64,000 nt of DNA, taken from Planctomycetota bacterium (lineage in GTDB: Bacteria > Planctomycetota > UBA8108 > SXIK01). Shown piece by piece: positions 49,228-58,557 of this stretch. The stretch's first letter is position 1; each line of letters opens with the position of its first letter. Made by a program: the position numbers and the translations under genes. The stretch lies in the NCBI GenBank assembly GCA_965223265.1, contig OZ244999.1:8704001-8768000 (forward strand), written 5' to 3'. Below the pieces are notes generated by a model. It was not told where the DNA came from and ran no database searches. It was given only the letters and a program-made list of their open reading frames with translations.

Positions 49228-50589
49228 ATGGAGCACGGACGACGAAGCTTTCTTCAGCAGCTAACGAGTGGCGCGGCTCTGGCAGCGCTTGCAGCAAGTT
49301 GGTCTCCCTCGCGTCGCACCTTCGCCGGTGCTGCAGCGGTTGCAGAAGATAATGGTGAGCAGCAGAATTCGGGGCTGCGCATAACGAAAGTGCGCGCCTT
49401 CCTGACACAGCCAGCTGGTAGCCGGTTGATCGTCGTCCGTGTTGAGACCAGTGAACCGGGGCTCTACGGTCTCGGCTGCGGCACGTTTACGCAGAGGGCG
49501 CGGACCGTCGTCACCGCCGTCAACGATTACCTGGATCCTTTCTTGCGCGACCTTGACCCTGCCAACATCGAAGATCTTTGGCAGGCCATGTTTCAGAGTT
49601 CGTACTGGCGCAACGGCCCAGTGTTGATGAACGCCCTGAGCGGGGTCGACATGGCGCTTTGGGACATCAAGGGAAAGCGCTGCGGCCTTCCTCTTTACGA
49701 TCTTCTCGGCGGGCGTTGTCGCACCGCGGTGCCAGTATACCGCCACGTTCACGCGGCGACCCCAGAGCAGGCTGCCGATGGTGTGCGCGCGTTCATGGAG
49801 CAAGGGGTTCGCTATGTCCGCGTCCAGTTTCCGACCCCAGGAAACACCAACTACGGCGCCAGAGGTGAGGTCAAACGGGTTGCCGGACACTTTTCGGGAC
49901 AAACGTTCGAGCCGCGCCCCTATCGCCTGCTGCTGCCGAAGTTTTTCGCCCGACTGCGGGAGCTTTTGGGCGACGAGATCGAGCTTCTTCACGACGTTCA
50001 CGAACGCATGCACCCGATCGAAGCGATTGGTGTCGTCAAGGAGCTGGAACCGTATCGCCTGTTTTTCCTTGAGGACCCGTTCGCCCCTGAGGACGTTGGA
50101 TACTTCCCACTTTTGCGCCAACAAACCTCGACGCCGATCGCCATGGGGGAACTCTTCAACAATCCGAACGAATGGGTCGAGCTGATCTCGAAACGATACA
50201 TCGATTTCATTCGTTGCCACCTGTCGCAGATCGGTGGTGTGACGATGGCGAGAAAGCTCGCGGCGCTGTGCGATTTCTTCCGTGTTCGCACGGCGTGGCA
50301 TGGACCTGGCGACTTGACGCCGATCGGGCACGCAGCGAACGTTCACGTCGATATGGCGACTTGGAACTTCGGCATTCAGGAGTTCATCAGCTTCAACGAC
50401 GCCACGCGGGAAGTCTTCCCGGGTGCACCGTCGATGCGCAGCGGCGCGGTCGATCTGCCGCGGACGCCGGGGATCGGTGTCGACTTTGACGAGAACGCCG
50501 CAGCCAAGTATCCCATCCGCGACAACCCGCCGTTTGACCTACAGTGGGGACAGCTGCGGGGGCTCGATGGGACGATCCGCCGGCCTTAG
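49228..50589 (+). CDS. Enolase-superfamily acid-sugar dehydratase (ManD/RspA-like), Tat signal
   Basis: GRRSFL; YWRNGP; DMALWDIKGK; LHDVHER; FLEDP; MGE; TAWHGP; GGAGGA RBS. Confidence 0.9.
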   Translation: MEHGRRSFLQQLTSGAALAALAASWSPSRRTFAGAAAVAEDNGEQQNSGLRITKVRAFLTQPAGSRLIVVRVETSEPGLYGLGCGTFTQRARTVVTAVNDYLDPFLRDLDPANIEDLWQAMFQSSYWRNGPVLMNALSGVDMALWDIKGKRCGLPLYDLLGGRCRTAVPVYRHVHAATPEQAADGVRAFMEQGVRYVRVQFPTPGNTNYGARGEVKRVAGHFSGQTFEPRPYRLLLPKFFARLRELLGDEIELLHDVHERMHPIEAIGVVKELEPYRLFFLEDPFAPEDVGYFPLLRQQTSTPIAMGELFNNPNEWVELISKRYIDFIRCHLSQIGGVTMARKLAALCDFFRVRTAWHGPGDLTPIGHAANVHVDMATWNFGIQEFISFNDATREVFPGAPSMRSGAVDLPRTPGIGVDFDENAAAKYPIRDNPPFDLQWGQLRGLDGTIRRP

Positions 50590-50749
50590 CAGCCCGTTGA
50601 AAAAGTCATTCGGCCGAAGAAACTGGCCTCTTCACGCCCAGCTCGACCGCGTCAATACTCGAAAATCCCGAAGATTGCCTCCGTTTGCCGCAGCCGATCT
50701 GGACGCGAAGAGACCAGTTTTCGGCTCGAAGCACTTTTTCAACAGGCTG
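50590..50749. mobile_element. MITE family A, copy 2
   Basis: Same TIRs and TTAG direct repeats; the left TTAG contains the stop codon of the dehydratase. Confidence 0.92.
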
Positions 50750-50803
50750 TTAGGGGTTTCTCGTGCGGCTCAGGCGTGGATCTCGTTTTCGTGTGCGGGC
50801 TAG

Positions 50804-50820
50804 AGTAGCAGGCACGCTCC
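50804..50820 (+). repeat. Degenerate GTAG-REP remnant
   Basis: agtagcaggcacgctcc matches the start of the REP unit. Confidence 0.5.
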
Positions 50821-50894
50821 GCGGTCGGTCCCGACCTGCCGCGGCAATGGGAGTCCCGTGCGCCGATTCGCCTCTTTCTCTCGCCTGCGGCCGT

Positions 50895-51734
50895 CTATTT
50901 GGCCGGACCCGCCGAGAGCGGCGCAACTTCGCGCACAAGAGCATCGCCCTTGGCCGAATCTGCGTCGAGAAACGCGAGCAATCCAGGGGCGATTTCGCTC
51001 CAGGCACGCGACATGGTGAGACCACCGCGGAGTTCCACCGTGATCGTCGGTGTGGCCAGGTCGAGCCCCGCGTAGCTGCCGAGAGATCCCGGGGTTGGAT
51101 AGCCGATGTCCTCCTTCACCCGATACGGGGTGCGGCGGGCGACCCGATAGGCGAGTCCTGCTGCTGGGCCATCGTAGTTGATGCACTGCAGTGGTGAATG
51201 GATGGTGAGAATGCGATGCGGTTGGTAACGCTCGATCAGAGCGACGATCGCGCGGGTTTCTGGTTCGCTGGCAGGATTTGGGCCATGCGTTGATGCGCCT
51301 CTCCAATCACGTGACGGGAAATTTCGATTCAGATCGACTCCGCGCGCATTGTGTCGGGTCTTGCGAGCGAGTCCGTCGGGGTTCACTGTCGGAACGATGA
51401 CGACGCGACAGTGGTGCGTCAGTCCAGGATCTCGGATCAATGTGTCGGTGAACAAGTCGAGGATCGGTTGACCGAGTGGTTCGTTACCGTGGACGACGCC
51501 CAGAATCAGGTAGGTGGGACCGCCGTCACCGATCACCGTGGCGGAGATTGGACGCCCCTCGACCGAACGACCGATCACTTCTGTCGGACCAGCGAAGGGG
51601 TTGAGACGATGGACGTCGAACTGCTCGCAGCCGATCCCGAGAGCAACGAGCGCCACAGCAGAGGCTCCGATCAAGTGTCGAAGCGACGATCGGGTGAGGT
51701 ATTCTTGGTCAGCCATGCCCCGCTTATCGGTCAT
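50895..51734 (-). CDS. M14 zinc carboxypeptidase, murein peptide amidase MpaA-like, probable lipoprotein
   Basis: GRSVEGRPI; HGNE; NPDG; NARGVDLNRNF; EPET; IHSP; GYPTPGSLG; lipobox LGIGC. Confidence 0.88.
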   Translation of the reverse strand: MTDKRGMADQEYLTRSSLRHLIGASAVALVALGIGCEQFDVHRLNPFAGPTEVIGRSVEGRPISATVIGDGGPTYLILGVVHGNEPLGQPILDLFTDTLIRDPGLTHHCRVVIVPTVNPDGLARKTRHNARGVDLNRNFPSRDWRGASTHGPNPASEPETRAIVALIERYQPHRILTIHSPLQCINYDGPAAGLAYRVARRTPYRVKEDIGYPTPGSLGSYAGLDLATPTITVELRGGLTMSRAWSEIAPGLLAFLDADSAKGDALVREVAPLSAGPAK

Positions 51735-51831
51735 GGCGTTAAAACCTGTTGAGTTCTCGCAGCCGAGAATAACTTATCGGATGCTTTGCGATGTGCCCTC
51801 ACACCGTTCCGTGAGGAGTGAACACGCTCAC

Positions 51832-53280
51832 TCAGGGACGGTCGCCGGCCTCGAAGGCGTCGAAGCTCCAGGAGTCGATAGGGATTCTGCCGGCGAAATC
51901 GATCTCACTCGCGTACCCGAAGCCGAGAGCGTCGACAACACTGCCGATCTCGACGCTGCCGTCCACGACGCGCAAGAAAACACTCCCCTCGCGCTCTTCG
52001 TAGAGATCGCTGTGGATCGCTAAGGCACTCTCCGCCTCTTTTGACGGTAGGTAGTCAAGCCCGTGGTAGTAATGATGTCCGTTGCGCTCGCAGTGTGTGA
52101 TGCCAAGTGCTGCCAGCGCTGCGAAGTCCTCCTGCACGGGAACCACCGCCACGTTTGCCAAGTCCTCGCCGCTTTGGAAGTACTTCTCTTCACCGCACTC
52201 CGCGTTCAGTTTCTGAATGCGGTCACGGTTCAGCAGCGATTTGAAAACACCTTTGCAGTTCTTGTGAGAAACACCTTGGTAGCCAAGCTCGACGGACTGC
52301 TGAAAGGAGTCGAGGCGGTCGTCGCTCTCATCGATGATCACCGCCTTCATTTCAGAGAGACGCTTGACGCCTTTGGCGGCACGCTCCTTGAGAGCTATGT
52401 CGCGGTGGAGTGGTTGTTCGACGAAGAGGACGGAATCGAAAAACTCCTGACCATATGGCCGCGACTTGAGGTCTTCGAGCAGCTTCTCGAGCTGCTCGAG
52501 GTCCCTATACTGCTCGTTGCCATCGATGGTGACGTGGTAGCCGTTTGAGCACCTCTGACTGAACAAAGCGGCCATACGCGTCAGGCGCTCGAGATCATGA
52601 TCGTGCTCGCCCGAAATCTTGATCTTGAAGTACCTCAGCCCGTAGAACTCGATGTCTTCTTCGAGCGCCTGCGGCAGGTTGTCATTGAGACGTTCGTCGG
52701 GCGGGATTTCGCCGACCGTGATCGGGTCTCCCAGGCCGATCGTGTGGCGACACCACAAGCTGGTCTCCGGCTTCGGCGGGACGATCTTTGACGTCTTTAG
52801 GCCGAGCACGTCCTTGCGCAGTGCGTCGAAGAAAGAGACTCCACGCAGTCGGCAAACCGCATCGATCACCGCGCGTTCCAGAAAGGAACTACCGAAACTG
52901 GCCGTCAGGGCGTTGATCCCAGCCGCGTGCGCTTCGTCGATGACACGCGGAAACGCCGCTTGCCAGAGTTCGTAGACGGTCTGACCTGTTCGCCCGAGCA
53001 GCAGATAGATCTCTCGCGCCTGACGAAAGGCCGTCAACTGGTCATCGACGTTGCGCCGATAGTTCTTGCTCGTGTCCTTGTCGAACCATAGAGGCGGCAG
53101 GCAGTCCGCTGCCATTCCTAACGCCTGTTCCCCACCCGGCCCTTCGATCTGGACGGACACGTGGAGGATTGGAGCCTTCGTCAAGCACGCGTTTCCGTAC
53201 CTAAACGGCATGCGAGTGTGAGCCTCGTTGATACTGGCCTCGCAGGCCGCCACCTGGATTTTCGGGGCACTGGATTTCAT
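51832..53280 (-). CDS. Enolase-superfamily-like hypothetical protein
   Basis: RMPFRYG N-terminus; YFKIKI; IDGNEQ; VEQP; IDES; SHKNCKG; ERNGHHY. Confidence 0.75.
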   Translation of the reverse strand: MKSSAPKIQVAACEASINEAHTRMPFRYGNACLTKAPILHVSVQIEGPGGEQALGMAADCLPPLWFDKDTSKNYRRNVDDQLTAFRQAREIYLLLGRTGQTVYELWQAAFPRVIDEAHAAGINALTASFGSSFLERAVIDAVCRLRGVSFFDALRKDVLGLKTSKIVPPKPETSLWCRHTIGLGDPITVGEIPPDERLNDNLPQALEEDIEFYGLRYFKIKISGEHDHDLERLTRMAALFSQRCSNGYHVTIDGNEQYRDLEQLEKLLEDLKSRPYGQEFFDSVLFVEQPLHRDIALKERAAKGVKRLSEMKAVIIDESDDRLDSFQQSVELGYQGVSHKNCKGVFKSLLNRDRIQKLNAECGEEKYFQSGEDLANVAVVPVQEDFAALAALGITHCERNGHHYYHGLDYLPSKEAESALAIHSDLYEEREGSVFLRVVDGSVEIGSVVDALGFGYASEIDFAGRIPIDSWSFDAFEAGDRP

Positions 53281-53466
53281 CGGGCGACAGATTAAGTCTC
53301 CGGCTGGCGCTTGTCAAACTCAGGCCGCCGGTGACTGGGCGCTTCGCAGACGAAGGACCGCTTGCCGCTTGATCGTCCGCTCGGATTGTGGCCTATTATG
53401 GCGGCTGTGGACTCCTGGGCCGAAGAGAGAGGACGTCGTCATGCAAGCCACGTCGAGCGAATCGCG

Positions 53467-54258
53467 GTGAAGCCGCCCGTTGGCGTCGTACTGTCGGTGT
53501 TGGTGGTCCAGCTGCTCACGGGTTGCCGTGCTGGATTCTCGCGCATCCACGAGGGTGCGGCCGTCGATCCGAAACTTCAAGGTAGCAACGGACTCATCGA
53601 TCGAGCCACGCCAGGCACAGCCCTGCGCCAAGCGCTCTCCCACTCCGACGCCGGCAACGTCGTCCAGCGAGTCATCGACCAGCATGGCGGCTGGGATCGC
53701 TGGCGCCGCCTGCAATCCGTCGAGTATGTCGTTCATCGCCGCGAGAGCGTCGAAAGTGGGGTCGATGACACAGTCGCCGACCCTGACGATGCAGCCCAGT
53801 CTGTTGTGAAGAAGGACCTTGAGCCAGCCCGGGTTGTGTTCGACGCGAGCCGCTGGGACGACTACCGCGAGGAGGAGAAGTGGCTTTTTTCACTGCCGTT
53901 TTTACTCGCGCAGCCACGGTACGGCGTGAAGTATCTCGGGGTTGAGCTCGATCTCGCTGAGTCAGCAGCGTTTGACAAACTCGAAGTCAAAGGCTCGCTG
54001 CCGGGGCGAAGCGACACGGACTATTTGGTCGTCTACGTCAATCGTGCGACGGGGATCGTAACGAGGGTGCTTTCCCAGCGCGCCGACGGTGCCTGGACGC
54101 TGACGGTGCTCTCTGGTTGGCGAACGACGGCAGGTTTTCGCGTGCCGACACGACGCCAAGTGTTCGCCTTGCCGGGCAGGTTTCATCGAGTTCGGGATCA
54201 GTACTTGGCGCGCCACGAGGAGATCGAACAACTTCAGCTTGACGTCGAATCCTCGTGA
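53467..54258 (+). CDS. Hypothetical lipoprotein
   Basis: Hydrophobic stretch plus LTGC lipobox; IDQHGG.D.W..L. Start codon uncertain. Confidence 0.6.
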   Translation: MKPPVGVVLSVLVVQLLTGCRAGFSRIHEGAAVDPKLQGSNGLIDRATPGTALRQALSHSDAGNVVQRVIDQHGGWDRWRRLQSVEYVVHRRESVESGVDDTVADPDDAAQSVVKKDLEPARVVFDASRWDDYREEEKWLFSLPFLLAQPRYGVKYLGVELDLAESAAFDKLEVKGSLPGRSDTDYLVVYVNRATGIVTRVLSQRADGAWTLTVLSGWRTTAGFRVPTRRQVFALPGRFHRVRDQYLARHEEIEQLQLDVESS

Positions 54259-54343
54259 CGTCTGCAATCACTTAGTTTTCACCTAGAAGCTTTCTTTCAA
54301 CGGCTAAACCGGTGATTCCACTTCAGCGAACGTTGTACCTCCA

Positions 54344-54727
54344 ATGCCGAGTCATCTGAAAATCGTCACTGCACTGTCAAGTTGTCGTTCCCTCATCGGA
54401 GTCGCCCTGGCCGCGTTCATCTTTTGGAAGATGCGGACTCTCGAAGAAATCGCTAGTGGCGACCGTGTCGTGTTGCTGAGTGCAGCGTCACTTCTTCTCC
54501 TCTTTTCCGTAGTGCGCGCTTGCGTTGCGGTCGGGGGTGTTCTGCGTCGACGTTGGAGCCGACGGCTTGGGCTTGCACTGGCGGCGTTCGACTGTGTGAA
54601 TCTCGTCCTCTTTCCGCTCTCGACGGCGTTGGGTCTTCAGGGGCTGGTGGTGTATCGACATCCGGAAACCGTGCATTACTTTGGCCACGGCGAGGCTGCG
54701 GCCGGTAGATCGGATCGTTCGTCGTGA
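54344..54727 (+). CDS. Small membrane protein
   Basis: Three to four hydrophobic segments; FPLSTALG...L....HPET..YF tail. Confidence 0.6.
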   Translation: MPSHLKIVTALSSCRSLIGVALAAFIFWKMRTLEEIASGDRVVLLSAASLLLLFSVVRACVAVGGVLRRRWSRRLGLALAAFDCVNLVLFPLSTALGLQGLVVYRHPETVHYFGHGEAAAGRSDRSS

Positions 54728-54921
54728 ACGTCGCCGACCATGTAAGACGTCCACGACCAACGTTATCTTCTCTTGACGACGCCCACGATACTTAGAGAAT
54801 GGTCGTTTTCGCCGCCAGCGCTGCCGGCTTTGAAACGGCTACCTACCGCGCCTCTGCGTGAGTGGTCGTCGAGCCCAGCGGTTGTCCAACACTGACCGAC
54901 GCGCACAGGACCGACTCACCT

Positions 54922-56178
54922 ATGGGCTCGAAAATACAGGCATATCAGACCAACTACGACATTCCAGAGAAGACACTGGTGTGGCAGCTGTCGGGCAAGG
55001 GGTTCGAGAACTTTGCGCTGACGGAAATACCCGTGCCGACGCTCGGACCGAAAGACGTCATGTTTCGATCCGACTCCAACGGGATCTGCTTCTCAGACGT
55101 CAAGATCATCAATGCTGGTGGCGACCATCCGCGATTGAGCGGCTACGATATAGCCAACGACAAAGTCGTTCCTGGCCATGAGATTTCGATTACGATCGTG
55201 GCCGTTGGGCCGGAGGCGAATCCGCAGATTAGCGTCGGCGATCGCTATATCGTCCAAGCGGACATGACCGAGTATGAGACCGCCGTCGGCTATCGCATCT
55301 GGGGCGGTATGATGCAGTATGGCGTCTTTGATGAGCGCGTTCAGGAGTATCTCATCAAGATCGAAGGGGACGATGTCGGTTACTCGCAGGCGTCACTCGT
55401 CGAGCCATGGTCCTGCATCGAAGCGTCCTATGAGCGTGCCGATTTTCATCCCGCCGACGACATTGTCTGGGTTCTCGGTGGCGGCGGCCCTATGGGGCAG
55501 ATGCACATCCATCGCGTCGTCAGCATGAAGGAGAATGGGAAGCTCCCCGCCCTCCACACTGTGCTAATTACGGATGTCAGTGAGGAGCGGCTAGACGCTG
55601 TACGCGACAGATTCGGCGCACGACTAGCGGCTGCGGGCGGTCGATTCGAGACGTTGAATCCGACGGCACACGATTTTGAAGATTCGATGCGCCGCATAGC
55701 GCCGGACGGAGTCGCGTACTTGATTGCTTGCGCGCAAATCCCCGAGGTCGTCACTGGTGCACTGAAGAATCTCAGGCGCTACGGAGTCTGTAACCTGTTC
55801 GCCGGAATCAAGCGTGGCACCGGTGAAGTCTTCCTCGGGGACATCCACTACGATCAGCACACGATCACTGGCAACTCTGGGTCCCGTATCGAGGACATGG
55901 AGAAGGTGCTCCGCATGACGGAGCGTTACGAGATGAGCACCGATGAGTCTACGGGTGCGGTTGTCGGGATGAAGGCTTGCGTTGACGGCGTCAAAGCGGT
56001 CGCTGACGGCACGATCACCAACAAGACGATTCTCTATCCGCAGCTCACGGATTTGCCGCTCACCCCGATCGAAAAGCTCAGTGAGTTCGTAGAGTTTTCC
56101 CCAGAAGTGAAGAAACAGGTCGAGGCGAGGCGCTGGACCGCGCAGGCGGAGCGGGAGATGCTCGAAGCGTTGCTTTGA
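54922..56178 (+). CDS. Zinc-binding dehydrogenase (MDR; sorbose-1-phosphate reductase-like)
   Basis: GICFSD; VPGHE; RYIVQAD; SLVEPWSC; GGGGPMG; NLFAG. Confidence 0.82.
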   Translation: MGSKIQAYQTNYDIPEKTLVWQLSGKGFENFALTEIPVPTLGPKDVMFRSDSNGICFSDVKIINAGGDHPRLSGYDIANDKVVPGHEISITIVAVGPEANPQISVGDRYIVQADMTEYETAVGYRIWGGMMQYGVFDERVQEYLIKIEGDDVGYSQASLVEPWSCIEASYERADFHPADDIVWVLGGGGPMGQMHIHRVVSMKENGKLPALHTVLITDVSEERLDAVRDRFGARLAAAGGRFETLNPTAHDFEDSMRRIAPDGVAYLIACAQIPEVVTGALKNLRRYGVCNLFAGIKRGTGEVFLGDIHYDQHTITGNSGSRIEDMEKVLRMTERYEMSTDESTGAVVGMKACVDGVKAVADGTITNKTILYPQLTDLPLTPIEKLSEFVEFSPEVKKQVEARRWTAQAEREMLEALL

Positions 56179-56305
56179 CCTGGCGCTTGCGATCCGCTCC
56201 GAGTGCTTCGATCAATGGCGTCGGCGCTTCTGACGCGTCAGATGGCATTGGAGACTCGGCGCGAATGGCCAAATTCGAGTCAACAAGCGAAGGAGCATAC
56301 GAAGG

Positions 56306-58426
56306 TTGAGGTCGCCGTCGCGTCGAACCAAGTCGAAGGTACCGTCACGACGCAGCCGTCCGCTGCCCGCAGCACTGCGAGAATTGATTCAGATCTCTGC
56401 TGCTGTGGGTGCTGACCCCGACCTGGCGCAGGGCGGCGGCGGGAATACATCGGTGAAAACTGCCTCCGGCCGCTCATTTTTCGTCAAGGCGTCCGGTGCC
56501 TGCCTGGCCGACGTCGATCGTTCGCACGGATGGGTCGAACTCGAGCTGGCCCCTGTTCGAGAGCTTGCCCGCGATGCGCGGCTGCTCGATCTCGATGCGC
56601 ACGTGCGCGAGTCACGAGTCGCGGGGCTGCTGTCGGCGTCTCTGATTCGTCCACTTGGCGCCCGAGCATCCGTTGAGACGACATTGCATGCGCTCCTCGA
56701 CCGAGTCGTCATCCACACGCATCCGGCACAACTCAACGTGATTCTTTCCTCTCGCGCTGCTCGTCGCGTCTGCGGTGAGTTGTTCGCACGTCTTGAGCGG
56801 CCGCCACTCTACTTGCCGTATCTCGACCCTGGTTTCGTGCTGGGTGAGAGGCTCGGGCGGGAGATCGATCGCTACCAGAAGGAGCATGGCGTCCCGCCTG
56901 CCGTTGTCTTGCTTGAGAATCATGGCCTCTTCGTCGCGCACTCGAACGTCGATGGATGTCTCGATCTCCACCGCCGAGTGGTTGCGATCGCCGCCAAAAC
57001 TTTGGGGCAGCCGCGGGTCAATCCGTTCGACTTTCCCCCGGTCGTTGACGAGGCTCCACCGAAGCGTCGTCGTCGCCGCGGTGCGGTCGTGCAGCGATCG
57101 GCCGTGGAAACGAGTTCGAACGCCCACGGCCTCGACGTCGCCGTTGGCGACGCGGTAGCCACCGCGAACGACGAAGTTGCGCCTCTAGTCCGTGGGGCGC
57201 TGCTTCGCGCTGGCGTCAGCCATCACATCGTTCGCCGCGATCGAGAAGACATCGCGAACGAATTCGTCCGCCGCCCGGCCGCGATCAAGGCTGCATGCCG
57301 CGGTGCCTTCACCCCAGATCAAATCATGTACTGTCGCAAACTGCCGTTGCGCCTCGATGCGCGGCGTCCGGCGGAGTGGACCGCGGCGGTGACGCGTTAC
57401 CGCGACGAGCACGAGGTTGATCCGCGTGTCATCATCGTGGCGAACGAAGGCGTCTTCTACGCGGCGCCAACGCTGAGGCAGTTGCGTGTGGTTGCTGACG
57501 TTTATCGCAGTGCCATCGCAGCTCTCTTGGCAGGGCCAACGTACGGTGGGTGTCGGTTCCTAACAGCCAAGCAGGCGGGCTTCATAGAAAGCTGGGAAGC
57601 GAAAGGCTATCAGGCGAAGATGCAGGCGCGTCAGGGGGACAGCTGTCTGGAAGGACAGGTGGCGCTGGTGACTGGCGCCGGGAGCGGGCTCGGCAAGGGG
57701 ATTGCGCACGGTCTCGTTCGCGCTGGCGCCAGCGTGGTCGGATGCGATCTCAGTGCCGATGGCCTGGCGGCAACGGCCGCAGAGATGCCAACGCTGCAGT
57801 TCCTTCCCGTGGTTGCAGACGTGACGCAGGAGGACTCCGTTGCCGGCGCCGTGCGCGCCGCTGCCGGTTCGGCGGGCGGGCTCGACATCCTCGTTAACGC
57901 CGCTGGTATCGCGCCCGCGCATCTTCTCGTCGATTTTCCTCTCAGAGCTTGGCAGCGCACTCTCGACATCAACCTCACTGGTTACTTCCTTTGTGCTCGG
58001 GAGGCCGCGCGCCTGTTGCTCGCGCAGAATGCAGGTGGCAGCATCATCAACATCACGAGCAAGTCAGGCCTGGAAGCCAGCAAGGCGAACTCTGCTTACA
58101 ACGCGACCAAAGCAGGTGAGATTCACTTGATGCGCGGCTGGGCCATGGAGCTCGGGGCGGCGGGCATTCGAGTCAACTGTGTTGCACCAGGAAACGTTTT
58201 TCGGGGCTCGCAGATTTGGAACGCGGAGTACATTCGGGCCGCGGCGAAGAAGAAAGGAATTCGACCTGAGGAGGTCATTCCGTACTATACTTCCCTCTCA
58301 CCTCTGCAGCAGGAGATCGAGCCTGAAGACGTTGCCAACGCTGTGGTCTATCTCGCGTCCGACGCGGGGCGCAAGTTGACCGGGCAGACCTTGGTGGTCG
58401 ACGGCGGTCAGGTGATGGTGCGCTGA
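56306..58426 (+). CDS. Bifunctional class II aldolase / short-chain dehydrogenase fusion
   Basis: GGGNTSVK, SVET.LH, HTHP and LENHGL (aldolase II); TGAGSGLG and YNATK (SDR); AAGGAG RBS before TTG. Confidence 0.9.
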   Translation: MRSPSRRTKSKVPSRRSRPLPAALRELIQISAAVGADPDLAQGGGGNTSVKTASGRSFFVKASGACLADVDRSHGWVELELAPVRELARDARLLDLDAHVRESRVAGLLSASLIRPLGARASVETTLHALLDRVVIHTHPAQLNVILSSRAARRVCGELFARLERPPLYLPYLDPGFVLGERLGREIDRYQKEHGVPPAVVLLENHGLFVAHSNVDGCLDLHRRVVAIAAKTLGQPRVNPFDFPPVVDEAPPKRRRRRGAVVQRSAVETSSNAHGLDVAVGDAVATANDEVAPLVRGALLRAGVSHHIVRRDREDIANEFVRRPAAIKAACRGAFTPDQIMYCRKLPLRLDARRPAEWTAAVTRYRDEHEVDPRVIIVANEGVFYAAPTLRQLRVVADVYRSAIAALLAGPTYGGCRFLTAKQAGFIESWEAKGYQAKMQARQGDSCLEGQVALVTGAGSGLGKGIAHGLVRAGASVVGCDLSADGLAATAAEMPTLQFLPVVADVTQEDSVAGAVRAAAGSAGGLDILVNAAGIAPAHLLVDFPLRAWQRTLDINLTGYFLCAREAARLLLAQNAGGSIINITSKSGLEASKANSAYNATKAGEIHLMRGWAMELGAAGIRVNCVAPGNVFRGSQIWNAEYIRAAAKKKGIRPEEVIPYYTSLSPLQQEIEPEDVANAVVYLASDAGRKLTGQTLVVDGGQVMVR

Positions 58427-58557
58427 GGCGTGGGCGCACGACGTTGATCTCGATCGCTGCATGGGCGGGATACGGGTCGGCTTCTCGCCACGACAGAGCG
58501 TACCTCGCTACGCATCATTCCCCCAAAAACTCAACGCTCTATCGGTAGGATCGTGCC

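Noticed and set aside
49261-50346. Long antisense ORFs (e.g. 49261-50346, 30103-31107, 6499-7476, 17398-18489)
   Set aside because: They are shadow frames opposite well-supported genes, which is common in high-GC DNA, and show no family motifs.
50794-50803. Family B right-end remnant (tgcgggctag) after MITE A copy 2
   Set aside because: The match is only 10 bp with no partner end, too short to call.
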